Of a stretch of DNA of 64,000 bases, positions 54,190 through 62,066 are shown piece by piece. Made by a program: the position numbers and the translations under genes. Numbering within the stretch: the stretch's first letter is position 1; the number at the start of each line of letters is the position of its first letter. Source of the DNA: Vicugna vicugna (Eukaryota); the NCBI GenBank assembly GCA_013265495.1, contig MU058198.1, forward strand, positions 6,401,779 to 6,465,778. Direction: 5' to 3'. Under the pieces are notes generated by a model, which did no database searches, was not told the DNA's origin, and worked only from the letters and a program-made list of their open reading frames with translations.

Positions 54190-56668
54190 AAAACAAGAAC
54201 TAATCTTTTTAACAAGGATCATGGGGCTAAATACTTCAAAAACAGTAAAGCACTAATCAACTGATTTTAGAGATGGGAAGTACAAAAAGACTTCTCTCTG
54301 GGGCCTTCAGTCACTAACCCTCCAGAGCAGGAACTGCTCATTCCTTGCTCAGTTTCCTGCTCTTTAGGAAGGTGCACTCATTTCCCTACCACCCATAAAA
54401 GAATAAAGAGAAGTCACAGGTCAAATGCTATGCAATCTCAATTTTATTGTAATCTCCAACCCAATTTTTTTTTTTAAAGAATACAAGCAAGACTGTTCAG
54501 TTGCTAAAACTTCAGATTTTATTTCACCTCATTTTCTTTCCCTGGCCCACCTTCTGGTACAGGTGCTAATGAGCAGTAGAAAGTTAGAAAAAAGGCAGTA
54601 GGGGAGAAGAGAAGCAAAGGACCTGGTTAAGAAGCTCCTAAACAACTGAGAATGGACTTAGCTGTTGAGAATTAGTGGTTAAGGGGCCCAGGAGCCAAGA
54701 AGCAAACACACAGTATTGGTCATGTCACCTTTCTGCTTCCAGGCACCTCTCAGCTTTCACAGGGCAATAGGAAGCATAGGATTAAAATATAAAACCGAGA
54801 GCACACAAGTTATTCGTAACAAAATCAGCAAATAGATGATCCATGATGACATTTCTACACCACCCAAACGGAAGCCATAACAAACATTAGACTACAAGTC
54901 AAAGTCAAAACAACTGATATCTGATGCTTGGTACAAGCATCTAGGTACTGTTGTGATTTTTTTTTTTACATATGAAAATACAGTCTTTCTTAACCAAAGC
55001 TAGAAAGGATATAAAATCGTGTCTTTGAATGCTGATGCCTCTAAACTCAAATAGAAAGCCATTACCAAATAATACAAATAAAACCAACACATTACCATAT
55101 TAGATTATTAGTTATTTTGTGATTATACAAAGAAAATTTCACACAAAGCTTGTTTACAATGAACCAAACCAAAATAATCTTCTGTGCCAATTTTTTTAAC
55201 TTTAGAAAAACTTACTAAAATTTCTCAATTTAAGAAGCACCAAACTGTCTTAACTTTAGGCACTTGACTTTATATTCTGCTACCTACTCTAAGGAAAAGG
55301 AAATGGCTTAATTCTGTATGACTTAATAACAAAAACAAGCGAAGGAAAATTGATTAAAATACTAACAACTTTTGTTGCCAGGCAGTCTATATTTACTAAT
55401 TCAATACGATTCATCTGCTTGAAGTTTCTGAACAGTCAACATAACATTCTTAATATGTTTCCAGGTTCTCCCCCTTGTTTTCACACAGTAGTAGCATCAT
55501 ATTAAAGAAGGCTGTAAGATACATAAATGATATCAGCTGTAAGGGAAATAAATGAGACCGTGCCTCAGCATACTGTGGAGTCATCCTTTAGAGCTCTTAC
55601 TAGAGAGAGGCCAGGTGATTTGAGGCTCCATTTAAGAGGACAGTAACTAAGAAACACAGGTGTGTGCCCCCATTAATGTGCCCAAATTATCTTCTTTCTT
55701 TAGGTGTAAACTCATCATCAGTATAAAATTCAAAATAATGACAGTATTTCTATGTACTGCACGATGTTCACTTGAGAAAAGTCAAATAGTAAGACTCGAC
55801 AGGCAACATCAAGTGAGGAAGGGCGATTGTAACTCCTGTACCTCCACGGGCCTCCTCTCCTGTTCTTGGCTACGCATGACCGGCAGTCTCAGTTCCTGCA
55901 CCACCTCAGACCTGCAGGCAAAGAGTGAGGAAGAGGGCGGACGAGGGTGGAAGGGAGGACAGAAGATGGATGGGCAAAGAAGACAACCAACCTACACAAT
56001 TCACAACCACTTTTCCAACTCAACTCTTTCCCTTAACCACCCTAGCCCTTCCAGCTAAGCTCAGACTTACTGGTACACACCTACCTCTCCGTTCCTCACC
56101 AGGAGCCCCAAATTCTGAAACCAAAGAGGATTACAGACACTATGCAGTACAATGTGATAAAACAGCCAAGGCCCATTCTCAGGGCACAGCCGACTCCACA
56201 CCTGTTCTCATTACCTCTCATCAAGCTCTTCTAGCCTGCTCTTCACCGTGTGGGCATTGTTATCCTTGGTGATTTTCTGCAGGAGGTAGAAAGTCTGCTG
56301 GAACATACGCAGTAAGTACTCCTCGAATTCCATAGGCACACAGTTCTTGGACATGAGTTCATTGATGCAGGACATGGCCAGGACCCCAAGCCGGCCGCGC
56401 TCCTGACCCAACACACAGTTCTGGCTGCTGCCATTAACTGATGCCATCTTCCTGGCCCGGATGTCACAGCCAAAGCGTGCAAAGTGGAAGATGGTGGTAA
56501 GGAGGGATGGGGTGATGCTGGCAGACAGAGGAATCCAACTGAAGAGATGAGCCAGGCACTCCAAGGCCAGGGAACAGATATACTCACTCTCCGCATCAAG
56601 GATGGGGATTGGCTGATTCAACAGTTTGGCTGAACTAGGACTCTGCAATAGGTTACTCAGTAAGTCAC
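9706..56668 (-). CDS. XPO6: Exportin-6 (importin-beta family nuclear export receptor for actin-profilin); 5'-partial spliced CDS, 18 exons in window
   Basis: Joined exons give one uninterrupted frame from GDLLSNLLQSPSSAKLLNQ to ...RYYRLCNDSLPPGTVKL*, matching the recalled human XPO6 sequence. All introns are GT-AG with compatible phases; exon lengths sum to 2735 nt. Confidence 0.98.
9985..10185 (-). mobile_element. MIR SINE
   Basis: CTCATCTAATCCTCAC...GAGGTCACACAG core. Confidence 0.65.
10920..10962 (+). repeat. (GGA)n-type polypurine low-complexity tract
   Basis: GGAGGAGGAGGAAGAGGGAGGAGGGAGGAGGAGAAG. Confidence 0.85.
12128..12358 (-). CDS. XPO6: XPO6 penultimate coding exon, 231 nt (KIFRTTMLFQFV...RNFKMDR)
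   Basis: Acceptor tctgcag|AAG, donor CGG|gtgagg; phase 0; ORF 11999..12340. Confidence 0.96.
12503..12601 (-). CDS. XPO6: XPO6 coding exon, 99 nt (AFGQSFLQPDIHLF...QKLYHK)
   Basis: Acceptor tttcctag|GCT, donor AAA|gtaagt; phase 0. Confidence 0.96.
13352..13960 (-). mobile_element. L1MB-like 3' fragment
   Basis: CCCCAGGCAACCACT, TCTGGCTTCCTTCAC and GCTATAAACATCCGTGTACAGGT hallmarks. Confidence 0.8.
14503..14710. mobile_element. MER5-like DNA transposon containing a tiny L1-tail insertion
   Basis: CAGTGCTTCTC...GGGAACACTG inverted termini; TTAAAAATGCAGAT core. Confidence 0.6.
15075..15236 (-). CDS. XPO6: XPO6 coding exon, 162 nt (RPSPDVKAELFEL...QFSAIMQ)
   Basis: Acceptor ctccacag|CGC, donor CAG|gtaacg; phase 0. 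Confidence 0.96.
16629..16800 (-). CDS. XPO6: XPO6 coding exon, 172 nt (EQLAESILHEG...VYPIIAE)
   Basis: Acceptor tctgcag|A, donor GAG|gtatga; phase 2 to 0. Confidence 0.96.
16968..17082 (-). CDS. XPO6: XPO6 coding exon, 115 nt (VTDEMLSFFLTLF...FLNMFTR)
   Basis: Acceptor gtatttag|AT, donor CAG|gtaact; phase 1 to 2. Confidence 0.96.
18053..18208 (-). CDS. XPO6: XPO6 coding exon, 156 nt (KVIIHQTLSVLED...PAFIHQS-D)
   Basis: Acceptor tttgcag|CC, donor CAG|gtagga; phase 1 to 1. Confidence 0.96.
19715..19840 (+). mobile_element. tRNA-derived SINE (camelid Vic-1-like)
   Basis: A box TAGCTCAGTGGT, B box GGTTCAATCC, A-rich tail; four related copies elsewhere in the window. Confidence 0.85.
20200..20800 (+). 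mobile_element. Old L1 (ME3/MC-like) 3' fragment containing an A29 tract
   Basis: ATTAAAAGAGATTAAAGAGATGTGACAACCAAAT motif. Confidence 0.6.
20985..21350 (+). mobile_element. Old MaLR LTR (MLT1I/J-like)
   Basis: TTTGGCCAATGAAATGTGAGTGGAA and GCATAACCTAGCCTAT motifs. Confidence 0.7.
21600..22150 (+). mobile_element. Solo LTR (ERV1/MER34-MER39-like); left boundary uncertain
   Basis: Ordered CCAAT (21884), TATAAAA (21999), AATAAA (22093) and 3' end TTAAGGTGGACAACA. Confidence 0.7.
23007..23196 (-). CDS. XPO6: XPO6 coding exon, 190 nt (AQVLVCRALSN...RKMPLDD-T)
   Basis: Acceptor cttccag|GCC, donor ACA|gtaagt; phase 0 to 1; ORF 22999..23217. Confidence 0.96.
23980..24000 (+). repeat. A21 homopolymer (U21 in the pre-mRNA, ~60 nt after a splice donor)
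   Basis: Direct count. Confidence 0.95.
24059..24205 (-). CDS. XPO6: XPO6 coding exon, 147 nt (VQDKLLLSACHLL...AQRLVDK)
   Basis: Acceptor ctctccag|GTC, donor AAG|gtgagg; phase 0. Confidence 0.96.
24780..25620 (+). mobile_element. Old L1ME-like fragments
   Basis: CCTTTGACCCAGCAATTACACTTCCAGGAATC motif. Confidence 0.55.
25765..25909 (-). CDS. XPO6: XPO6 coding exon, 145 nt (HAQSLAALQAYSHW...TPLISTK)
   Basis: Acceptor tttcgcag|G, donor AAG|gtcttg (weak); phase 2 to 0. Confidence 0.93.
26560..27735. mobile_element. Old L1MC/ME fragments (minus ~26560-27000, plus ~27040-27735)
   Basis: GATAATGGTATTATGGTTACATAGGAGAATGT and related motifs. Confidence 0.55.
28100..28278. mobile_element. MER58A-like hAT DNA transposon
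   Basis: CAACTATTCAACTCTGCCACTGTAG...GGCTGTGTTCCAATAAA; flanked by TTCTAGAA and CTCTAGAG. Confidence 0.8.
28945..29037 (-). CDS. XPO6: XPO6 coding exon, 93 nt (LVKVTLYGSQIKLY...KPDLIDV)
   Basis: Acceptor ccaacag|G, donor GT|gtaagt; phase 2 to 2. Confidence 0.96.
29856..30030. mobile_element. MER5-like DNA transposon
   Basis: AGAATCAACTGAGGAACTTGTTA and CTGGAAATCTGCAT motifs. Confidence 0.65.
30290..30640 (-). mobile_element. L1MB-like 3' end, split by a SINE
   Basis: AAACTGAAACTCTATATCCATTAAATAAC and CCCTGGCAACCCCCACTCTGCTTTCTGTC. Confidence 0.75.
30344..30440 (+). mobile_element. tRNA-derived SINE, 5'-degenerate, nested in an L1
   Basis: GCATGCATGAGGTCCTAGGTTCAATCCCC plus A-rich tail. 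Confidence 0.75.
32289..32448 (-). CDS. XPO6: XPO6 coding exon, 160 nt (HRLNITAENDCRR...ALTVVER)
   Basis: Acceptor gttccag|GT, donor GAG|gtgggt; phase 1 to 2; ORF 32255..32479. Confidence 0.95.
37564..37633 (-). CDS. XPO6: XPO6 coding exon, 70 nt (FPVLQDNLEVYLGLQQFIVTSGS-G)
   Basis: Acceptor tgttttcag|TTC, donor CAG|gtaaac; phase 0 to 1. Confidence 0.96.
38775..38867 (-). CDS. XPO6: XPO6 coding exon, 93 nt (QQTEWQRYLRQ...THAFSTL)
   Basis: Acceptor cctgcag|CAG (tandem NAGNAG), donor CTG|gtaact; phase 0. Confidence 0.95.
39260..39421. mobile_element. MER5A-like DNA transposon
   Basis: GCCCCAGACCTCCTGAATCA and TTTAACAAG...GTGATTCT. Confidence 0.65.
40285..40393 (-). CDS. XPO6: XPO6 coding exon, 109 nt (YEDALVLLLTEV...DDETLDDD)
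   Basis: Acceptor gcatag|G, donor GAT|gtaagc; phase 2 to 0. Confidence 0.96.
40600..41066 (-). mobile_element. Old L1 internal fragment
   Basis: CTTTGGTTACTGTTTGCATGG and ATCCATTCTGCCAGTCTCTGC motifs. Confidence 0.7.
41690..42230 (+). mobile_element. Old ERVL LTR (LTR33-like)
   Basis: CCCCTAGCCCTAGGGGTGG and TGTGGTTTCTATTTTCCT motifs resemble the recalled consensus. Confidence 0.55.
42645..42910 (+). mobile_element. Old MaLR LTR fragment (MLT1J/K-like)
   Basis: CATTTCCCAGCCTCCCTGCAG and CCATTTTTGACCATAAGG motifs. Confidence 0.55.
42950..44430 (+). mobile_element. Ancient L1 internal fragment (decayed ORF2 endonuclease region), interrupted by the MLT1 LTR
   Basis: A-rich; L1 ORF2 motifs GAAGCAAAAACTGACAGAACTGAAAG and GCAGTGCTCAGAGGGAAAT; no intact ORF. 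Confidence 0.75.
43106..43515 (+). mobile_element. MaLR solo LTR (MLT1A/B-like)
   Basis: TG...CA termini, typical AATAAATTTGTGTTGTTTAAGCCACCC end, perfect 5-bp TSD GAAGG (43101-43105, 43516-43520). Confidence 0.9.
47983..48092 (-). CDS. XPO6: XPO6 coding exon, 110 nt (PTHEGYFSCLDIW...KEAVLNR)
   Basis: Acceptor catcatag|CCT, donor AG|gtaaac; phase 0 to 2; read manually, not in ORF track. Confidence 0.96.
51650..52337 (+). mobile_element. Two tandem L1 3' fragments (ME/MB-like)
   Basis: Two terminal TCAATAAA ends (~52165 and ~52326); TGACCCAGCAGTTTCA and GATGAATCTCATAACAC motifs. Confidence 0.75.
52555..52750 (+). mobile_element. MIR SINE (similar MIR fragments near 3900, 4130, 10500, 14800, 20850, 21450, 31200, 32100, 36850, 41150, 50000, 53600, 61000)
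   Basis: GTGCCTCAGTTTCTTTATCTGCAAAATGGGGATGATAATA core. Confidence 0.8.
52831..52957 (-). CDS. XPO6: XPO6 coding exon, 127 nt (YIEKFTDFLRLF...FKYTFHQ)
   Basis: Acceptor tgtag|C, donor CAG|gtaaag; phase 2 to 0. Confidence 0.96.
54155..54187 (+). repeat. A33 homopolymer
   Basis: Direct count. Confidence 0.95.
56215..56668 (-). CDS. XPO6: XPO6 coding exon, 454 nt (GDLLSNLLQ...SRLEELDE-S); probably exon 7
   Basis: Acceptor tttgtatttcag|GT, donor AG|gtaatg; phase 1 to 2; ORF 56211..56648. Confidence 0.97.
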
Positions 56669-56774
56669 CTGAAATACAAAAGGCTTTTAAGATACAATGC
56701 TATCAAATCTCTCACAAACCAATTTAAGTAATTCTCCTTTAAAAAACAAGAAAATCCAAGCATTAGTATAAAGC

Positions 56775-57588
56775 AGACGCTCCCAAAGTTTGGTCCAGCG
56801 ATCCCCGAGGGTTCCTAGGACCATTTGGGGTGGGGGTGGGTGAAGGGGTGGTCACAAATTCAACATTATTTTCAAAAGAATGTTATTTTCCTTTCTCTTT
56901 TATTATCTCGCAGATGTACAACAGAGCTTCCCAGAGGCTACAATACAAGTGATATGCACCAGTGGAAAAGCAAAAGCTATCTTATTAAAGAGATTTGCTA
57001 CATATTAAAGAGATTTGTGAAAATGTAAAAATAATGCTGCTCTTATTAGTAAAAACTTTTGTTTGCTTTTGAAAATATTTTTCATTAAAATATATTATTT
57101 GTTATACACAGAGTTCATCACAGTTTTTTTTTTAAAGAATAAATATTTCTAAAATTTCCCAGTTTTAATATTAGTAGATAAAACCCACAAAGCTCTTTGA
57201 GGACCTCAATAATTCTCAAGAGTTGAGGAGTCCAGGGTGAGCAAAATGGGTTAGGTGGTAAAAGGTATAAACCTCCAGCTGTAAGACAAAGGAGTCCTGG
57301 GAATGTAATATACAACATGGTGACTATAGTTAACAATACTGTACTGTGTATTTTAAAGTTGCTAAGAAAGTAAAGTAAGTTTTCACCACAAGGAAAATAA
57401 TTTGTAACTGTATAGTGATGGATATTAACTAGATTTACTGTAGTGATCATTTCACAATCTATACAGATAGCAAATCATTATGTTATTATATACCTGAAAC
57501 TAACACTAACAGTGTTATATGTAATTTATATCACAATTTTTTAAAAAGAGTAAACAGGCCCAGAGACCAAAACTTTGAACATACTAGG
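56775..57588. mobile_element. hAT-Charlie1-like non-autonomous DNA transposon
   Basis: TTCCCAGAGGCTACA, AAAGCTCTTTGAGGACCTCAATAATT and GAGACCAAAACTTTGA resemble the recalled Charlie1 consensus. Confidence 0.7.
57224..57545 (+). mobile_element. L1MA-like 3' end nested in a Charlie1-like element
   Basis: ACAACATGGTGACTATAGTTAACAATACTGTA motif; AAGAGT flanks both sides (57218-57223, 57546-57551). Confidence 0.85.
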
Positions 57589-57589
57589 C

Positions 57590-57758
57590 TAGTCAAGGAC
57601 TGGCATCATCAACATAATCCAGAGCTTGTCAGAAACACAAATAATCAGGCCCCACCCACACCCACTGAAGGAGAACCTGAGGGGAGCAGGACAGGAAGCC
57701 ATGCTGGTACAAGCTCTCCAGGTGATTCTTATACTTGCTCAATTTTTGAGAAGCACTG
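57590..57758. mobile_element. MER5A-like DNA transposon
   Basis: GAGCTTGTCAGAAA, TCAGGCCCCACCC, CCAGGTGATTCT and TTTGAGAAGCACTG. Confidence 0.7.
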
Positions 57759-57933
57759 AACCAAACACTAAAGAAATCACGTAAAATGACATGGGGGGGC
57801 GCTATAAAATGATTTCTAAAGAAGAAAAATATTCATAACTATAACAAGAAGAAAACTTTCCTGAAATAAAGATGCAACTATGCAAAAGGGCTTATTCTGC
57901 CCCAAGAAAAAATTATGAAGAGTAGTCAATACA

Positions 57934-58114
57934 TGGGGGGAGAGGATAGCTCAAGTGGTAGAGCCTGTGCTTAGCAAGCATGAGGTCTTGGGTTCAATTC
58001 CCAGCACCTCTTCCAAAAATAACCTAACTACCTCCCCATACTAAATAAATAAATAAATAAACAAACAAACAAACAAACAAGCCCATTAAAAAAAGTAATC
58101 TAAAAAAAAATCTA
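57934..58114 (+). mobile_element. tRNA-derived SINE with perfect 16-bp TSD
   Basis: A and B boxes, (TAAA)n(CAAA)n tail; AAGAGTAGTCAATACA at 57918-57933 and 58115-58130. Confidence 0.92.
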
Positions 58115-58872
58115 AAGAGTAGTCAATACAAAAACTTTGGGAATAAGGAAGGAATGGAGGAAGAAAGAGCACATCTACAAAGGAGAAAACATCAAACTCA
58201 GACTTCACCACAGTAACAAAGCTAAAATACAGTGGTGCAGTGTCTACAAGTTCTAGACAAAGAATGACTTAATCCAAAGGTCTCCTTAAGAAAGGTGACA
58301 TTTTTTCAAACATGCACAATTCAGATGATACACTGCCCACAAATTCTTAAGGAGGATATTGAACAATGAAACCATGCAAATAAAGAAATAAACAAAAATA
58401 AAGAATGAAGGAATGGAGAGGCTGTGGCACAGGGACTAATACCAGCATTGAATTTGAATTAAATATAGAATCAGGACTAAAAAATGCAGGAATTATAGAA
58501 GGGTGTGCTAGCTAACTTTCTCATCTTTCAAAAGCAAGAAGTCTCAAATTATATGGTCTAAAATTAAAATAGAAATTGGTTTTCATAATCTTTTTTTTCT
58601 TAACCTTAAAGACATCTTTTACAAACTAATATTCTTTGTGGAAAAAGCATCTCAAGGTCAGTACTCCTTCCGTTAAATACTTTCTGTTAAATCCAAGTAA
58701 AACTAAAATATAATTGTTTTTATCAAAAACAAAAATATGTATGTCATTTTATCTCTTTATTCAGTTTAATCTATCTTTATCTATAGATATGGAGAGAGAG
58801 GTCTGGAATGATGTTATTTCTGTATGGTGGATATTAGGTAAATTTTTACATTTTATTTTTTACCCTATAGCA

Positions 58873-59689
58873 GGCAGTCCTCAAATGCTTTGGTCTTAGA
58901 ACCCCTTTACACTCTTAAAAATTATTGAGGCCATCAAAAAGCTTGTTTATGTAGGTTATTTCTACTGATTATTTGTCATATTAGAAATTAAAACTGAGAA
59001 ATTTTCAAATACTTCATTTAATGGTAAACCCATTACATGTTAACATAAATAACATTTTTGACGGAAAAAATTGTATTTCCACCCCCAAAATTAGTGAGAA
59101 GAATAGCACTGTTTATACATTTTAAAAAAATCTCTTTTATGTGTGGCTTTAAAAAAGACAGCTAGATTCTCTCATCTACTTCTGTATTCACTATGTTGCA
59201 CTATGTTGTTTTATTGAAGTACATGAAGAAAACCCAGCTTCACATAGATATGCAACTGAAAATAAATGCCTTTTTTTTTTTAAGGGAAAAGGTAATTAGG
59301 TTTATTTATTTACTTATTTTTTAAGTGAGGGTACTGGGGATTGAACCCAGGATTTAAGTGCAGGTACTGGGAACTGAACCCATGTGCATGTGAGGCAGGC
59401 ACTCTACCACTGAGCTATCCCCTCCCCCTGAAAAAGAAAAGACGTATTTTAGTGGTCTTTTCAGGTAATTGCAGCTATTGCTTTAATATAATATTAAAAA
59501 TTGATGAGTACTAATTTCTATAAGGTTAATTGCTAAGGTAGAATCTGAATAAGCTATTTTATTCAGTATACTCATGAGAGAATGAGAATAAAAATGACAA
59601 ACAATATCTTAGCATTTTTATGAATACATCTTTGACCTTAAAGGGTTTGGGGGACCTCCAGGGGTCCCCAAACCTACTCAGAACTGCTG
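58873..59689. mobile_element. hAT-Charlie1-like DNA transposon, opposite orientation to the 56775 copy
   Basis: ACCCCTTTACACTCTTAAAAATTATTGAGG start and CCAGGGGTCCCC...AGAACTGCTG end. Confidence 0.75.
59271..59428 (-). mobile_element. tRNA-derived SINE with internal duplication, nested in a Charlie1-like element
   Basis: CTCTACCACTGAGCTATCCCCTCCCCC on + is the reverse complement of the SINE head; poly-T tail at left. Confidence 0.85.
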
Positions 59690-60507
59690 TCTTACACTAA
59701 TGTTGGATTAACATGAACAAAGTAGTTCACCTTTCTTAGCTTCCATCTTCCTAACCATTAAAATAAGGATTTCTGTGACTTATTAATAAGAGATTTGATT
59801 TACACTGTTAAAAGTAGATTACAAAGTTGTCCCCTGGCATCTTATCTTGAAGGGCATTTGTTGTTTCTATTCTGTAAGAGCTACATTTAATACCAGATGA
59901 GCCTCATCATGATCTCAGCTATACAAACTGATAATCAGAAGACCTGGTTTCAAAGAACAATGCAAGAAAGATGTTCAAGCAGAATCTGCAAACATTTCAG
60001 TTTGTTTTGTTACTAGATTAATTTTTGATTTTTTGACTTGCTGTGGTGGGGCTTTCCACTTGAGTCATGCAATTTTCTATCAATGACTGTTTCTGGCATT
60101 GCTTTTTTCTGATAGCCATTTATGAAAGATGCCAAAGTCAGAGGAAATCATCATTACTCAACTATTAGAATTATCGGGGCATGTATCAACCAGGATCAAA
60201 CTGAGGCTTTAGCAATGGAGGAACCAACAGATAGCACCACAACATGATCTTGTATTAAACCTGGACATCTCTGGGCCCTTGGGCCTTTTTAAAAGTATCT
60301 TGAAAATTGTTAAGTAGAAGTAAATTTTGGCTTTCAAAACAAAGCAAACAAACAAAGTTGGCCCTATTCTCTTGCTCAGAAGAATTTTTCCAGAGTGGGA
60401 CTGCTAAGCGGGGGAAAAAAGCAAAATATTAATGGTAATAATGTTGTTAAGAATAGCTACCATTTCATGTGCTGTTATCTGCTTGGTGCTGCCCTAAGGT
60501 GTAAGCA

Positions 60508-60928
60508 CTTTTTTCTTTTTTAAACACACACACATATATATGTTTTCAGATTCTTTTCCATTATAGGTTATTACAAGATACTGAATATTTTATATATAGT
60601 AGTGGTACCCATTAATCCCAAACTTCTAATTTATTCCTCCCCTCCACTTATCCTTTGGTAACCATAAGTTTGTTTTCCATGTCTGTGAGTCTATTTCTAT
60701 TTTGTAAATAAGTTAATTTGTGTTATTTCTTTTTAGATTCCACATATAATTGATATCATATGGTATTTCTCTTTCTCTGCCTAACTTCACTTAGTATGAT
60801 AATCTCTAGGTCCATCCATATTACTGCAAATGGCATTATTTCATTCCTTTTTATTGCTGTGTAATGTCCCATTGTATATATACCACATTTTTATCCACTC
60901 CTCTGTCGATGGACATAGGTTGCTTCTG
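60508..60928 (-). mobile_element. Younger (cetartiodactyl-type) L1 3' fragment inserted in a MIR
   Basis: CTTCACTTAGTATGATAATCTCTAGGTCCATCCAT; TAAGCA flanks both sides. Confidence 0.8.
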
Positions 60929-61859
60929 CACTAAGCATTTTACATACATAGTCTCATTTAAATCTCATAACTCTAAGGTAGGTATTATTATTATCTGCAT
61001 TTACAGACTGTTAGAATAACTAAAACACAAATAGATTAAGCACTTCCACCATGTTTCTCAGCTCCTAAGAGACAGAGCAGAAACTAAAACCTAGGTCTGG
61101 CCCCAAAGCGATATGCTCCTTCCCTGAAGGCAGTCAACTACAAGACTGTGCAGCCGGGAAAATGATCAGTCAGAAAGCTAATACTCAAATATAGAAAAAT
61201 ATGTAGGCTCTAAAGTCATATGTAAAAGAATGTGTATACACCATGACTACAACCGTAGAAAGACAAGCACACGAACAAAGACTGAACAGGATTATGCAAA
61301 GGTAAATACCATTTAGGTGGAGAGGATGAGCTCTGATTTTTTTTTCCCTCAGAACAAGAATCTTATAATGTTATAATAAAATTATAAAAAAAATCTTTTA
61401 ATGTTATAATCTTTTAATGTTTTAATAAAAATTATTTTACTCAACTTTAAATACTTCAAGAAATTTTAGTAAACTGTAGCAGAGTTTTTCCAAAACTGTA
61501 TTTTAATCAAAGTGGAAGGAACTGCCACAGAACAGAGACCCTGCTTCATGCTGCAGCATGTCCAAAGCAAAGCTGAGAGAGCTTTCTAACAAGCACCCTG
61601 TGTAAGAGGGCGCCTTGGTCAGAAAACCTGTGAGCGACTTCATCATCCCTGACCTGGGCAGACCTGGGCAGGCCCAGGCAGCAACACGCACGCATGCCCA
61701 GAGCAGTGCGTGGGCAACTCCAGTGCACTTACTAACTTGGAAGTGACTCAGACGTGGCTGGAACGTTTGTAATGGACTTTCAAGCAAAGATCCCCTCAGC
61801 TTTTTCATTCTAATTATTGAAATTTCATGTTTTTCTATTCAGCTCTCTATTTACTAACT

Positions 61860-62066
61860 CAGAGTTTCTCAACCTCAGCACTATTCACATTTGGAGTTGG
61901 ATAGTTCTTTGCTGTTCTGCGCATTGCAGGATATTTAGCAGCATCTCTGGCCTCCATTCACCAGACGCCAGTAGTACTTTCTCCTTCAGTTATGTTAACC
62001 AAAAACATTCTCCACATTGCCAGATACCCGTTGAAGGGCAAAATCACCCCAACTGGGAACCTCTGA
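61860..62066. mobile_element. MER20-like hAT DNA transposon
   Basis: CAGAGTTTCTCAAC...GGGAACCTCTG terminal inverted repeats; TTTAGCAGCATCTCTGGCCTC core. Confidence 0.85.

Noticed and set aside
61620..61650. Possible C/D-box snoRNA on the minus strand (ATGATGA...CTGA)
   Set aside because: Boxes are under 20 nt apart, with no terminal D box or closing stem at snoRNA length. An Rfam cmscan would settle it.
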